Source: a virus
Taxonomy: Duplodnaviria > Heunggongvirae > Uroviricota > Caudoviricetes
DNA: 36,859 nt
IMG/VR virus record: IMGVR_UViG_2541047855_000003
Direction: 5' to 3' (one strand)
Shown here piece by piece: positions 35,844-36,859 of the stretch. Positions within the stretch are counted from its first letter, which is position 1, and every line of letters begins with the position of its first letter. The notes under the pieces were generated by a model. It made no database searches, had not been told where the DNA came from, and saw nothing but the letters and a program-made list of their open reading frames with translations. Position numbers and translations under genes: made by a program.

Positions 35844-36267
35844 AAATGCACTTCTTTTATTTGTGTTAAAAAACATACTTTTGTAGAGGCAAACGAGTGC
35901 CAAGAGTATGAAACTTAGCGATTAAGTTCGAATCTTACACCTCCCAAAGCCTCTGAGAATTATCAACCTAACCCAAAGGAACTCAATCAGCGTTTTATTT
36001 TAGCACGACTAAATAACTAGTAGATAGCGTCAAAGACAAACCGGGGAGATAAAAACTTACAACACTGCCACCAGTAAAATCATCTACATACCAACAAGTT
36101 GCCTTCAATCACGTAGAATAATCCTACTAGTGCATAGTCAATCTCGACTACTTACTCAGTGAAAATTCAACTGCAAACTTCTGGTTTTTACTCAAAGCAA
36201 GCAGTTAGTTGGAATCAGTATTAGTACAACTTAGAATAATAGAAACACCACGTTAAGGGAGGTCGCT

Positions 36268-36528
36268 ATGTTCCGTTGTCCACTTTGTGGCGCGTCTGCC
36301 CGTATCCGCACCAGTCGTCCGGAAAATGACTCAAACACCGTGCGGCAAAAGTATTACCAGTGTAATAACCTGGAATGCGGCGTATGCTTCTCAACACTGG
36401 AAGCTTTTCATAAGTTCACATCAAAACACACCTCAGAAGTTCATTCTTCAGAAGACATACCGTGGCAGGCTCTGCCAGCTTCACACAGGGGGAACAATCA
36501 GATGAGTTTGCCCTTATCTCAGAATTAA
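36268..36528 (+). CDS. ogr: Ogr-like zinc-finger late-gene transcription activator
   Basis: MFRCPLCGASARIRTSR...YYQCNNLECGVCF matches the Ogr Cys4 pattern (CPLC...RTSR...QC...C); AGGGAGG RBS; 86 aa, longer than P2 Ogr. Confidence 0.85.
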   Translation: MFRCPLCGASARIRTSRPENDSNTVRQKYYQCNNLECGVCFSTLEAFHKFTSKHTSEVHSSEDIPWQALPASHRGNNQMSLPLSQN

Positions 36529-36588
36529 CGAGCAGAATTGCCGGAGTAACAAAAAAGCGATAGATTACGCGCGGGTGCCTTTCGGCTT

Positions 36589-36852
36589 ATGGTCGGAGGG
36601 AATACCCGAAGGCCAGATGTGGAAAGGCCCCGGAAAACATCTCTGTTTAACCGAGGCCCTAACCGCATTACCTTGACAAGTGAAAGGTTAGCGCCTCTCC
36701 TGAAAAGGAGCAAGTGCTATGTCGCAAAAATCGCTTACGGCCATCACGTTCTGCGTGACGGCAATCCTCATCATCTGGATGCTGCACGGTTCGCTGTGCG
36801 AAATACGGATGAGCTTCTGGGGAGCGGAGTTTGCGGCGTTCTTACAGTGTAA
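36589..36852 (+). CDS. mok: mok-like overlapping reading frame (modulator of killing) of the hok locus
   Basis: ORF starting upstream of hok and overlapping it in another frame, as in hok/sok loci; no independent sequence evidence. Confidence 0.4.
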   Translation: MVGGNTRRPDVERPRKTSLFNRGPNRITLTSERLAPLLKRSKCYVAKIAYGHHVLRDGNPHHLDAARFAVRNTDELLGSGVCGVLTV

Positions 36853-36859
36853 GCAGTAA
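36719..36859 (+). CDS. hok: Hok/Gef-family type I toxin (small membrane protein)
   Basis: 46 aa MSQKSLTAITFCVTAILIIWMLHGSLCEIRMSFWGAEFAAFLQCKQ: N-terminal TM helix plus the family motif SLCEIR and AAF; AAGGAG RBS; stop TAA is the last codon of the window. Confidence 0.8.
   Translation: MSQKSLTAITFCVTAILIIWMLHGSLCEIRMSFWGAEFAAFLQCKQ

Larger units (their letters stand above)
86..36540. mobile_element. P2-like prophage (integrase to ogr); boundaries approximate, att core not identified
   Basis: Contiguous P2-type gene set: int, C, cox, A, Q, P, O, N, M, L, X, lysis, R, S, V, W, J, I, H, G, U, T, E/E', FII, FI, D, ogr, recognised from ORF translations and gene order. Confidence 0.8.

Overview
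This window is an almost complete P2-like (Peduoviridae-type) myovirus prophage in an enterobacterial-looking chromosome. All calls are from reading the sequence and the supplied ORF translations; no database search was run. Order along the + strand: possible host gene end (1-58), a small AT-rich orphan gene and tyrosine integrase (minus), immunity repressor (minus), an 18-bp palindromic operator, cox-like gene and seven small early ORFs, replication initiator A, cargo island 1, a structured non-coding region (putative packaging/cos area), portal Q and terminase P (minus), O-N-M-L-X, a lysis cassette (holin, M15-type endolysin, overlapping spanins), R-S-V-W-J-I, tail fibre H with in-frame tandem repeats, fibre chaperone G, then U-T-E/E'-FII-FI all on the minus strand (opposite to the canonical P2 orientation as I remember it), D, cargo island 2, ogr, and a hok/mok type I toxin locus at the right edge. 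The two cargo islands are clearly AT-rich (hand-counted 60-nt samples about 32-35% GC versus about 68% in gene A). Island 1 is a classic AAA+ ATPase plus a cytoplasmic S8 subtilase with large extra domains; this matches the ATPase+subtilase defence pair I recall as ietAS. Island 2 is a SIR2-family protein plus a HerA-like ATPase, matching the SIR2-HerA defence family. Both families are, to my knowledge, already described, so I cannot claim a wholly undescribed system with confidence. The genuinely uncharacterised elements are the orphan gene next to int, the early-region small-ORF cassette, the accessory domains of the subtilase, and the inverted tail module.
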